Assembly (NCBI GenBank): GCA_028534125.1
Contig: CM052817.1
Location: forward strand, 102,612,001 to 102,676,000
DNA: 64,000 bases
Source: Lama glama
Taxonomy: Eukaryota
Reading direction: 5' to 3'
The position numbers were made by a program, and so were the translations under genes. The notes below the pieces were generated by a model that saw only the letters and a list, made by a program, of their open reading frames with translations, was not told where the DNA came from and searched no databases. Each line of letters opens with the position of its first letter. The stretch's first letter is position 1. Positions 26,985 to 38,745 of this stretch are shown one piece after another.

Positions 26985-29900
26985 TTTGTCAAAATGACTA
27001 CAGATGGCTGTTGCTGAGGGCTTTTGGTGTATTAGAAAAAGAAAAGCTGAAGATAATCACACAGTTAAGGCTTTGTGATAGCCAGAGGGTGTCCTGAGCA
27101 ATATACGAAGAGATTCTCAGCTTTTGTAGCTGGAAGGCAGAAAAGACTGGAGGGCAGGCCCACAGTTTAAAAATAAAGATAGCAGAGCTCCAAAGAAAGT
27201 TGAATTCTTAACATTGAAGTTCTGCTACACCAAATATCAGACGGTGTTCGGGAAGGTAAGACTCTCAGACTTGGGTTAATGCACTCCGAAATCTTGAATC
27301 CTTAGATTCTCCTGAATATTCCAGGCCTAAATAAGCCACTCCACTCATTCCTTGCTGTTAGCCTACTGTTTCTTGTTTACATTGAGATTATGCAGAGGCC
27401 TTTTCATCACAAGACAATAGTTGCCCTCCTTAAGGTCACTCTGGCTCCCCATCCTTTGACTATCATATCAGTTGCTAGGGTGAAGTCATGACATGATCTG
27501 GCCAGTGAAGCACTGAGCCTACCAAGGGAGGAACAGGACTACACCTCAGAAAAGCTACAGGGCCTACCTGACAGTCCAATAGGAGATGGGAGAGCATGTA
27601 TTGAACTGTAACATCCTAAGCATTCTAGATTAAGGAAGATAAAATATGAAGTCAAGTAAGGGAGACTTTAGTGATGTGGGAACAGCTATCCATGATCAAA
27701 GCTTTAACACCCTGACCGGGACCCCAGGAGTCAGTGCTAACATGTGGTTCAGATGGTTCCTCAAAAGCTGGAAAAAGTGAAATGCCAGAATCATTGCTGG
27801 TGGTGGAAGAAGGGGTTAAAAGAAGTGAGATGCTAGCGAGGAGATCCTACATAAGGTGGGAAAATATTACGTAAGACTGGAAACCCCACCAGCAACCATG
27901 TTTCACGGGAGGATCCAGAACATACTTTATCAAAGTGATAAGGAATGTACTTGTAAGAATGGCCAAAGTAATGCGAAGAAGCTTAGTGGTGGCTGTGCTC
28001 TGTAGACCAAGGCTGATGGCAGGACTGGGCTCCTTGATAGCAAAGGAGATGATATGATCCCCAGATAATTACAGGTCAGGTTGGAGGGCTCAAGAATCAG
28101 AAGCAGGATGGAAGCAATTATAGTGAATGAGATTGTTACAATGTTTGTGTCACATGTTAACGCCCACAGAGAACATTCCTCATGCAACAGTCACTAAACA
28201 ACCAAGTTGACAGAATGATTCAGTCAGTTGACATTAACTGTCTTCTGTTAGGGACCACTGTAGTACTAGCCCAGTGGATACAAAATCGGAATAGCCATTA
28301 TGATAGGGATAGGCAATATGGGTGGGCCAGGCAATATGGACTCTCACTCCCCAAGGCTGATTTAACTACCGCCACTGCTGAGTGTCCCACCTGTCAACAA
28401 TGGAAACCAGCAACAAGATGGGCTCTCAATGTGGCACCAGCTTTCGAGAAAATCAACCAGGCTGGTAAAGAGAGGATTACTTTGGAACTCTTCCACCTTG
28501 AAGGAGCAGTGATTTATCTTGAAGGGAATTGAATTGTTTTGCCTTTCCTGCTTATAGACTTTATCCAGACCATTATAAAGACATACAGACTATTTCAACC
28601 ATCGACTGGGATTCTGCATACATTGTGTCAAGCTAAGGGATGGTATGCAAAGGAGGTACAATAGGCATGTGACCATAAGGTTCCTATTGGATACGACACT
28701 GCTCAGAAGCTCCCAGATAGAGTGTTGGGATACCTTTTAGAAGGTATAACTGACATACCAACTTAGAGATGATACCCTTTAATAACGGGACATTATGCTC
28801 CAGGACATGGTATATTAACTAAGTCAATGAATAGAATATTCACTACCCTTAAAAAGGAAAAATACATGGTCTAGGAATCAAGGAGTGGAAGTATGAATGG
28901 CCCCAGTGTCTTCCCTCTAATAGGCTCACTTACATAATTTGGACTTTTGTTCCTGAAACTCTTAAGCTCTTCAGGCTAAAGATCTTAGTTCACGAAGAGA
29001 GAATGTATCCACCAGGGGGCACAGCCAAAATGTATTAAACTTTAAGGTATGGCTGACACCTGATTATTTGGGGCTTTTTATACCATGAGACCAGTAGGCA
29101 AAGAAGAGAGTTATCATTTTGGCAGAGATGATTGACCTTTACCAGTAGGAAAATCCAGGGCTGTTGTTACAGAGGAGGAGTGGGGAAGACTATGTCTGAC
29201 ACCCAGGTGACTCACTGGAGCATCTCTTGGTACTCTCCTTTGTAATAGAAAAGAAAAAACCTGAATCCATGTTAGGTCTATTCCTTTAACTTTCACCCTG
29301 TGCTCTGTTTCTTGTGCTGAGTCATGCTGATTCTTTTGTACAAGGATGTTGCCTATAGCCTGAAATATACAGGACAGCCCATTCTCAAGGCTCTGATGTT
29401 TAGAGGTATAACATTTTCCCATTCATATAAAGATAAAAAGTTGCAGAATGGAAAATAACATTTATCTTGTTGGAGGTTTGTAGGAACACCACGACCTGAC
29501 CTACATAGACAGCTGCAAGAACAAAGGATTCCAACACCAGGAAGTTTGAAACAACCAACCGCATCCCTTCCCCTTTTCAGAACAAAAGGAGCCTGAATTA
29601 TGACTTGGGGGAAGATAGTTCTCCAGGATGTTAGTTTGCCGTCTTCTCAGTCTGCTAGCTTTCCAAATGAAGTCATTATTCCTTGCCCCAACACCTTGTC
29701 TCCCAATTTATTGGCTTGTCATGTGGTAAGCAGAATGAATTTGGACTCAGTAACACCCTGATAATTTTAATCATAAATAGAGAAGGTCACTAGCGGCTCA
29801 GAGCACCTAGAAATGAGGGTCTAGGCTACCCCACCAGATGGTCCTAGTTCAAAGTGAAGAGACTGAAGAATGAATAGTAGAAATGAGTATCTGTGTGTCT

Positions 29901-30046
29901 CTTAGACAAGGTATAGTAGTGGAGGGCTTCCTTATATGTGTCCCCAAGAAGACACATTAAGAGACCAACAAGCATCCAGGGGGAGTCCTTCCCAACTGGG
30001 TGGATTTATCTAAACCAGTGTGATCTGAGCAGTGTGAGGGATGGAC
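26985..30046 (+). mobile_element. Decayed ERVL internal region (ERV3-16A3/HERV16-like): gag remnant, RNaseH end and integrase; interrupted by an ERV1 LTR
   Basis: ORF 28182-28532 reads LNNQVDRM...LAQW..SHYDRDRQYGWARQYGLSLPKADLTTATAECPTCQQ, an ERVL integrase zinc-finger region, preceded by FVSHVNAH. Gag-like ATAGCAGAGCTCCAAAGAAAGTTGAATTCT lies at ~27180. Confidence 0.85.
29241..29755 (+). mobile_element. ERV1 MER41-like solo LTR, copy 1
   Basis: TGTAATAG to GGACTCAGTAACA with TG/CA termini; alignable end to end with 50221-50736; flanks cctt/ccct. Confidence 0.85.
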
Positions 30047-30396
30047 GACACTACAATACTTCCCAGATCCACCTTAAACAGCAATGCACACACTTCTGGG
30101 AGTCTTGCCTGATGAAGTTTCATAGCTGGGTCCCTCCATAGGAATTGTCCTCAGTCAAAGGCTGCTACTCCTTAGAAGATGCCTCCCCTTGCTGGGGACA
30201 GCCTACTTCTCAGTTGTGAATGTCTCCAAAGAACCTTCAAAGTTTCCTGTGGGATTGGCTGAAAACTGTTGCAACTGAATCACAGTTTAATTTCTCCATC
30301 TGTCCAATTCTGTTTCTCTCAATCCCACGAGCACTCCCCAATAAACCTCCTGCATACACATTTGAGAGCTGTTTTCTAGGGAAACTGGTCTACAAC
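30047..30396 (+). mobile_element. LTR16-like ERVL 3' LTR
   Basis: Follows a purine tract (GTGAGGGATGGAC); contains GAGCACTCCCCAATAAACCTCCTGCATACA and ends CTACAACA. Confidence 0.75.
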
Positions 30397-30399
30397 AGG

Positions 30400-30900
30400 A
30401 TTTTGATTTAGAATTTATTTTTGTGTGGTGTGTTATAAGGATCTAATATTATTTTACTTCATACAGAAAGCTTAGTGCTCCAAAGGTATTTATGGAAAAA
30501 TCCATCGAAAGATGGAAAGCCCATTGATGAGTAATTCCAATACTATTATATATCAAGTTCTTATATCCATGCTTTTCCTCTGCCTTTCTTTCCTGTTCTA
30601 TTGATCTATTTGTTTACTCCTGTATTTATACCATGTTGTTTATTACTATATATGTATTATAAGTGCTATTATCTGTCAGGGCACATCATTCGTCTTTGTT
30701 CATTCACTTTGTATTTCTCTTGGCTCTTCTTAGACCACTTTTATGCCATATAAAGTTTTAAAATCTTGACTTCAAGTTCATAAAAATATTGCTTAGATTT
30801 AAATTATGCATGAATGGAATTTATAAATTGATATGGTAAAAACTGGCAACTTTTAATATGAGTCTTTTCATCCATTAACATGCTGTAAACATATAGTTTC
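30400..30900 (-). mobile_element. Old L1 ORF2 fragment
   Basis: TTTAGAATTTATTTTTGTGTGGTGTG, CTGTTCTATTGATCTATTTGT and GGAATTTATAAATTGAT. Confidence 0.65.
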
Positions 30901-30944
30901 CTTTCATGTTCTCCATTTTTAAAAAACAATTAATTTTTTGTGGT

Positions 30945-31096
30945 TTTTTCCCTTGGGGGGAGGCAATTCGGCTTGTTTAATTAATTAATTAATTTATTTA
31001 TTATTTATTTATTTATTTAATGAAGGTACTGCAGATTGAACCCAGAACCTTGTGCATGCTAAGCACACACTCTACCACTGAGCTATACCCTCCCCC
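30945..31096 (-). mobile_element. tRNA-derived SINE (camelid Vic-1-like)
   Basis: Reverse complement GGGGGAGGGTATAGCTCAGTGGTAGAGTGTGTGCTTAGCATGCACAAGGTTCTGGGTTCAATC with pol III A/B boxes, an (AAAT)n stretch and a C-rich tail. Confidence 0.88.
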
Positions 31097-32014
31097 TCCA
31101 TTTGGTTTTTCATATTTTTCTCTTTTGAAATCCCTACTTATTTTAATGATGCTATTAACTGGTAGTGCCATTTCTGTTTTCTTTCTTTCTGGATTGATTT
31201 CCTCCCTTGAGGATTCTATCCAAGATCACACAGGATGTCTACCTTCTGAAGGTACACACAGTGGACTTACCTGACAGCTCTTTATTTTTCAGATATCTTG
31301 TTTCTTTCCCTAGTGAGGAGAAGCCAGATTCTCAAGACTGGCAAAGCCCAAGGCAGACTTGTAGGCCGATGGGCTATAAAAGACAATGTAAGTTCGATTC
31401 ACAGATGACGAAGTGTCAGATCACTTGGTATTTTTCAGCAGCTGTACTGAATGTAGAAAGGTTACATTTCCTTACGTCTTTCTTAGTTCTTGAGTATTTT
31501 GCTGTGTTGATTTGATAGCAGCCCATTTTTTGATTTTGCAAGAAGTATTTACTGAGCAAAGAGAAATTACATAAAACCAAATAGATGTCACCTGCAGTAA
31601 AATGAAAGATGTCTTCAGCGAGCCTAGGTTCCATGTAATTTTAGAGAAGCTAACGCTGTTTAAAATTGATGTGTATGGAGAAAACCACTCCTACTGCTCT
31701 TTTTGATTTGGCATTAAACTCTTTCAAAGGAGTGAGCATTGCTGTGTAGAACAGCTGGGCTAGGATTTGGTGATGGAAGTGGCGGGAAGTAAAAAGAGAT
31801 TTTTTTTTTTGTTTGGTGCTGTCATAGAATTAACACATATGGTGTTTAGATACAGATTTACAGTACCATCTGTTGAAGTAAATCTTGAGTCATTACTGAC
31901 AAGATGACTCAGAAAATATTTTATTATTGTCTTCTTTGAGATGACGAGTAAGTCTAGGGTTTTGAAATACTTATATGACTATGTAAATCCAGTCTTAGCG
32001 ATTATTTTGAATTG

Positions 32015-32480
32015 TATTTCTGGTTATAATGGAGTAAAAGTATTTGCACTCACCTTCCCGTCAGAAAAAGAAAACCTAAAGAATCTGGGTATTATATGTA
32101 ACGGCTTTTTTTCAGACATGGGACAAGTAACAATTCAAACTGTGATCTGTGAGCAATGGGAAAAAATAAATCTTATCATTTTATTGTCCTGGATTTCTTC
32201 ATGCAAGAAGAACTAGAGAGTAAGTAGCACAAAGAGGGAAACCAGTAGTCTTGCTGAGTTGAAGAGACAGAAATAAGAATGCAAGGGCTTTGGGGTAGCT
32301 AGAACTTTCAGAGGAGAGGACTAAAGAGGAGCAAGCTGTGGAGAAAGGACTCCAGAAATGTACATGGGCATCCCATGAAATCTTTGGATTGATAGCACTT
32401 TGCACATGCACAAGGCACGAGGGCAGGGAGCAAAAGACTCCTAAGAAAAGAATAATTACTAGGGAGTGTGAGATCTGCAT
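32015..32480 (+). mobile_element. Old L1 5' region fragment
   Basis: TATAATGGAGTAA, TTTTCAGACATGGGACAA and ACTGTGATCTGTGAG resemble recalled L1M 5' consensus. Confidence 0.45.
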
Positions 32481-33569
32481 GTCTGGATGACAATGACTAC
32501 ACAGCACTGGATAATTTATTATGACAATCATAATTATGAAAATACAAAAGAGTGAGATATTTTGTTGAATTACAGCATACAATTAATTTGTTATTAATCA
32601 ATGACGTTGTTGGAGTAAGAGGATGTTATGAAAACTAAGCACATTAACAAATCTCCAGGGACTTTAATTTGTTATATTAGGTATATTATAATTGTCCTTG
32701 ACTGATAAGAGCATTTTAACTAGAAATAAGTCTTTTTATAGACAGGTATTTCACTATTATTTGAACATGATTTTCTTTTAAATCTGAAAAGTACACAGTC
32801 ATTGCAACATATTTTGTTAGCACATTTTACTTGTAATTTAACTGGGAAAGCTGAACTTCTGTTTTCATTTTTTTCAGATTATTTTTCATCCTAAATTTGG
32901 TAAACAAAAAGTCTCACAATAGAGTAGCGGTAACTAAAATTTGGAGAAGTCAAGCATATCTAATTATTCCTATTATGTACTTTTTATAAGAAGAAAAAGA
33001 AAATTTTTCTGTTGCTAACTGCCATTTAGGAAAACCAAAGATATTTTATATATTTAAAAAAATCTTTTGCTTTTTGTTTTAATTTAAATTGGGATACAAA
33101 TTAGATAATAGCAAAATCAATGAGTGTTTAGAGGAGTTAAGATGTCAACAGGATCTGAAGGCAAGAAATTGTTATAGGAAATACATTTTAAAAAGTCAGC
33201 TAAAATGAATTCTAAGACACTTTGTTTAAATGATTTAAGAATATGTCAGAAGCACAGAACAGAACAAAATATTTTGGTATTAAGAAGACCTCTGCTATCT
33301 GGACACAAAAACTCCTCTGCATTTTTGACAGAAAGAAAATACAAATTCTAATTTTGTTCTCTTTGTATATCATCCATGTAACAATTTGCAGTGAAAGATT
33401 CAGAAGCCTTTTTCCTCATGAATAAATCCATCATATTTACTCACCTTTGCCAAAATTTTCAATATGTTTTGCTCATTCAAAAATTATCATTTGTAGGTTT
33501 TATATTCCTGGAAAATCAGGTCCACATCCCCTCAGAACTTAAGGCACTGAAATCATATAAAGTAGGTTC

Positions 33570-34310
33570 TCCAACCACAATGGAATAAAATTAGAAATCA
33601 CTAACAGAAGAAAACTTGGAAACCTTGCAAATATGTGGAATTTAAACAACTTGTTCTTAAATAATCAATGGGTCAAAGAAGAAATCATGAAGAAAATGAA
33701 AAATACTTTGGGATGAATGGAATGAAAGCACAAAACGCCAGAATTTATGAGATGCAGTTATAGCAGTGCTTAGAGAACAATTTATAGCCTATATTAAAAA
33801 AAAGAATGAAGATTTCAGATCAAGAACTGAATCTCTACCTCAAGAATCTAGGTGAGGAAAAGACAGCTAATCCTAAATGTTCATCTACTGATGAGTGAAC
33901 AAATGTGGTGTATCCATATAATGGAATATTATTCAGCAATAAAAAGAATGAAATATTGATAAATGAGCTAATATGGTTGATGCTTTAAAGTGTTAGGCTG
34001 CATGAAAGATGCCTAGTCACAAAAGGATGCATATTTCATGTATCCATTTGAATGAAATGCTGATAATTAGATAAATCTATAGAGATTTAAGAGTGTATTA
34101 GTGGTTGCCTAGGGATGGGAGGAGGGGAAAGTGTGCAGTGACTGCTAATGGGTTTGGGCTTTCTTTTTGGGGTGATGAAAATGTTCTGAAATTATATGGT
34201 GGTGATGATTGCATAGTTCTGTGTGTAAACACCGCTGAATTGTATACTGAAAAAAAGGTGAAGTTTGCACTATGTGAACTAGAACTCAATAAACTTGTTA
34301 GTAAAAAAAC
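33570..34310 (+). mobile_element. L1MB-like element: ORF2 N-terminal linker piece joined to ORF2 C-terminus and 3'UTR
   Basis: CCACAATGGAATAAAATTAGAAATC and AATCAATGGGTCAAAGAAGAAATC, then AATGGAATATTATTCAGCAATAAAAAG, GGGGTGATGAAAATGTTCTG and CTCAATAAA. Confidence 0.85.
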
Positions 34311-34859
34311 ATGTAGGCTCTACTCTTAGAGAGTCTGATTCAGATTTGGGGCAGACTCGGATGACTCACGTGCTGTGGGAAGTGTGTGAGCCACCAGCTA
34401 TGCTATTGTATCTTCAGAAGACTGCAGTGAAAATGCAAATATAGGATCTGGGAAGAGTCTGATAATAAACACCTGCTTTCCCACAGATATGAGTTAAGTT
34501 GCAAGGCTACCATCTGTCTTGTGGGCTCCGGGAGATTGAAACCCAATCGTGAGAATCTTAGTGGCAAGAAAGTGGAAGATAGTTAAGATAAGTGGCAGAT
34601 GATGGGAGGTAGGAAGGGAGTCCTGGGAGGGACACTTAGTAGGGGACAGGGATGCTGGGCAGATGGAAGTAACCGGAGTTCACTATTCTTAGTCTAACTT
34701 AGGTTCTATCTGCCTCTCCTCTGAAGTATCAGGGTAAAAGTCATAGCTAATGTGTATTAAGCACTGATTTTGCAGCAGGCAATGCTCTAAGTGCTTTTTA
34801 TCATAGTTAACTTCTTTATTCCTAAAAAAACAGACTAATTTGTTTTTTACTTTTTGTAT

Positions 34860-35446
34860 ATATATATTTTTATTGAAGTATAGTCAGTTTATAATGTTGT
34901 GTCAATTTCTGATGCACAGCATAATATTTCAGTCATACATATATATACATATATTCATTTTCATATTCTTTTTCATTATAGGGTTACTACAAGATATTGA
35001 ATATAGTTCTCTGTGCTATACAATATGAACTTGTTGTCTATATATTTTATATATAGTAGTTTGTATTTGGAAATCTCAAACTCCCAATTTATCCCTTCCT
35101 ACCCCCTTCCCTGCCACCACCCCGATAGCCATATTTGTTTGTTATGTCTGTAAGTCTGTTTCTGTTTTGTAGATAAGCTCATTTGTGTTTTCTTCTTTCA
35201 TTCTCCTTCTTCCTCTTCCTCTTCTCCTCCTTCTTCCACATATGAGTGATATTATATGGTATTTTTCTTTCTCTTTCTGGTTTACTTCACTTAGAATGAC
35301 AGTCTCCAGTTCCATCCATGTTCCTGCAAATGATATTATTTTATTCTTTTTTATGGCTGAGTAGTAGTCCATTGTATAAATATACCACAACTTCTTTATC
35401 CAGTCATCCATTGATGGACATTTAGGTAGTTTCCATGTCTTGGCTA
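34860..35446 (-). mobile_element. 5'-truncated L1 (ORF2 C-terminus plus 3'UTR)
   Basis: Minus ORF reads DDWIKKLWYIYTMDYYSAIKKNKIISFAGTWMELETVILSEVNQKEKEKYHIISLICG. Confidence 0.92.
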
Positions 35447-36954
35447 AGCCCAGTTTTAAATAATTGATGTTTTAAAAAAATTCTGTCTAGAAAAATATTG
35501 TTAGGTTTGTGTGTGTGTTTGTGTGTATGTGTATAAAAAAAGCTGGCAGAAGAAAAGTTAGTTTGGAGTATACTCAGCCAATGGAACTTTCACCTCCACC
35601 TCAGGTCAACGGCTTAGAAAATATTGCAGAAGTCTGGCTGTGGCAGTAGCTATTGTTTGGGGGAAGAGGCTCTGAGAAGTTCACCTATGTTGAGGGCTTA
35701 CTTCAAATCATAACATCATTCTTTAGTCAGGTAGGGTCCATTTTTATGTCTGTGTTATGTACAGCTCAATGGCAGGAGGGACAAAGAGAAGCAGTTTGAT
35801 TTTGGTTTAAACTTCGTCTGATTAGGGGATGGTGGAGGACTTTCTCTGAATGTCCCATTAGGATGCCTGGCAGGTGTTTTCTTAACATTTGTACTGGAAT
35901 TTAGAAATTTTAGAAAGTATGTTCAATGACTTTCTGGTAGCTGTGGGATTTCATAGCTCCTGAATTTGCTAATTTAACATTTGTCTAGTTTGGATGGCCT
36001 TGTTTTGAAATGGTAGCAATGAAGGCTCTGAGGATCATTTTGAAGGAAGTTTATTTTGAAATGTAGTGATGAGCTCATAAACTAAAGGTCATAACTGGAC
36101 CAGTTGATCATTAATTTGTTTTTCTGCTTCTGGGCAAACCAGATCCTGTGTATTTGCAGCAGACTTAAATGCTGATGATTTAAACAATGAGACATGCCCG
36201 TTCTCTTCTTCCTGCATTCAGAGACTGTGAAGTATAAGTGAAAATGCTGAGCTGGAAGCTTAGAACCTGGGGTTTTAGCATCCTTTTACTCTAATGGGTC
36301 CCTTGACCCCAGTTTCTCTTTTCCTTTTGTAACTGATACAATAGACACCTACAGAGAGAGTTCTGGGGCTAGTTGAGGAAATTATTTTTCCAGGAATTTT
36401 TTTTAAAATTAGGTTTTATATTTTCTGCTTTGGCTAGATTCATTGATCAACAGGTGGAAGCAGTTTAAAATAATTTTAAAATATATTTAAGGGAACAGCT
36501 TATTATTAGTTTAGGTGTGTACTAAGAGTTTGGTTCTAATCACAGTAGATCCTGTTGTTTGTGAATAATGAGGGCACTTAACAGTATTATTGATTTATAT
36601 TAAGCCATATATTCAGGATTAAGTCATCAAATAAAGATGATGATGCTTGGCTCCCGTTCTTGGAATCTTGTGTTCTGTGTGGGATTTGTTACTCCGGCAC
36701 CACTATTGGGAAGGAGATGCTTCTGTCCTCCAGGCTCTGCTTCTTCTCCTCTGCCCACCCCCTCACTAGTTCCCTCTGAGAGAGGTGGCTAGGCAGGCTT
36801 ACTGCCCTTGGCTGATTAACAAGGGAGAGGAGGTGCCCAGCTGATGAAAAGGCAGGACGTTTCTCTTATGCCACAGCTGGCTCCTTAAAATCCAAGGACA
36901 GACCCCAATGTCTCTTTCTTTATTCCTACCAAAGTTTCTGCTAGTTGCTTTTTT

Positions 36955-37375
36955 TGCTTGTTTTTTTATTGAAGTATAGCCAGTTTACAATGTGCCAGTT
37001 TCTGATATACAGCATGTTTCAGTCATACATATACACACATGTATTCCTTTTCATATTCTTTTCCATTATAAATTGCTTTAGGATATTGAATATAGTTCCC
37101 TGTGCTACACAGAAGAAACTTGTCGTTTATCTTTTTGTATATACTAATTAATATTTGCAAATCTTGAACTCCCAATTTATACCTTTCCATCCCTTTCCCC
37201 TGCCCAGGTTGCCACGAGGTTGTTTACTATGTCTGTGAGTCTGTTTTTTTTTTTTTTTTTTTGTAGATAAGTTCATTAGAGTTTTCTTTTTTCCTGTTTT
37301 TAGATTCCACATATGAGTGATGTCATATGGTATTTTTCTTTCTCTTTCTGGCTGACTTCTGTTAGAATGACGATC
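36955..37375 (-). mobile_element. 5'-truncated L1 3' end, same family as 34860-35446
   Basis: TTATTGAAGTATAGCCAGTTTACAATG through TAGATTCCACATATGAGTGATGTCATATGG. Confidence 0.9.
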
Positions 37376-38504
37376 CTGTTTCAGGGCTGAGTTCTGAGGG
37401 AGGATGGAGCCTGTATTAGAAAATAATTAACTCCAGCACCAGAATATAGACAATGATGGCAGAACCTTCTAACAAAAGACCCCACGGCCAGACCAGGGCC
37501 AGAGCTGTCTTTACTGGCTGCCTTGGCTGATGGCCCCCTGCTCAAGCACCTCCTTTCCCTACTCCATTGCCTTTCTCTCCTTCTCTCTGCTCAAGCACTT
37601 TGCTCACTTTCCTTCCATTTCCCCCTCTGAGCAATAAAGCAGCTGCTCACTTCAGCCCTCTGCCTCTGCTCGACGAATCCTTTCAGGTGGCAAGGACCCC
37701 ACACTTTGGTGTCCTTCCTAATCTAGGGAGTTCTCCATTTGCTAACACCTCCCAAAGAGGGGCTCTTTGTGGATTAGAACATGGATTGGATCTGGCTTTA
37801 TGAGCTGGGATGGGTGGGTTGCTGTGACAAGATGGTCGGTGCTTGTCTATGACCTTCTGTGCTGCTTTTCCAGGGGAATTTGACCAGGTTGCGCTCTCCC
37901 TTTCTCCTTCCCTGGAATATATAATTAAGCATCCAAGAGGATTCACGTGTCTTTGGCTCCTGGCTTTTTATACTGTTGGTCCAGGTCTTCCAGGCATATT
38001 CAAGATTTACCTTCAGAAGAAGATAAGAGTCCTAATTAGACTCATGCCTGAGTCACATACTCCAACTCATTCTTCACTCAAAAGCCCTGCTTGGATGGTA
38101 CCTAATATTGGCTCACTTATAAATAAATAACTGCTTCCCTGTATGACTAGTCTTTCTTTCCCAGAGTTCTCTAGGACGGAGGGCTGAGTAAGAGCTCAGA
38201 CTATTTTCCTGATTATAGTCTTAGAATAAAATGAGCTCTTTTTCAGAACTCAACACAGCAAGAGTTTCACTCCGTGCTTGTCTGACTATTGCTTGCCTGC
38301 ATTAAAATGGGACGCACACTGGCTTGGTGATCCTTGATGCGATTCTGTTCCAGGCTCTGCCTCTTACTCCATTGGTGACCTTGGCCATTAATTCCCTTAT
38401 TTGTAAAATAAGGGAATCCAACTGGAGGTTCAGTTTTAATCTTTAACATATTCTGACGCTAAAAATGTCTCTCTAATGAGTTCAAAGCCCACTTACCTAG
38501 GAAA

Positions 38505-38745
38505 TTTATTTATTTATTTTTATTGAAATACAGTCAGTTACAATGTGTCAATTTCTGGTGTACAGCATAATGTCCCAGTCATGCATACATATACATATAT
38601 ATTCATTTTCATATTCTTTTACATTAAAGGTTATTGTAAGATATTGAATATAGCACCCCATATAGTGCCTTATACAGAAGAAATTTGTTTTTTTATGTTT
38701 TTATATAAAGTAGTTAATATTTGCAAATCTCAAAATTTATTTTTA
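38505..38745 (-). mobile_element. L1 3'UTR fragment, same family
   Basis: TATTGAAATACAGTCAGTTACAATGTGTCAATTTCTGGTGTACAGC and GATATTGAATATAG. Confidence 0.88.

Noticed and set aside
28182..28532. Domesticated integrase gene
   Set aside because: Short, the zinc-finger motif is incomplete, similarity is lost after CQQ, and no intact catalytic core follows.
31020..31096. tRNA-Ala-like gene (also 54270-54340)
   Set aside because: Degenerate stems, A-rich tail and TSD identify these as SINEs.
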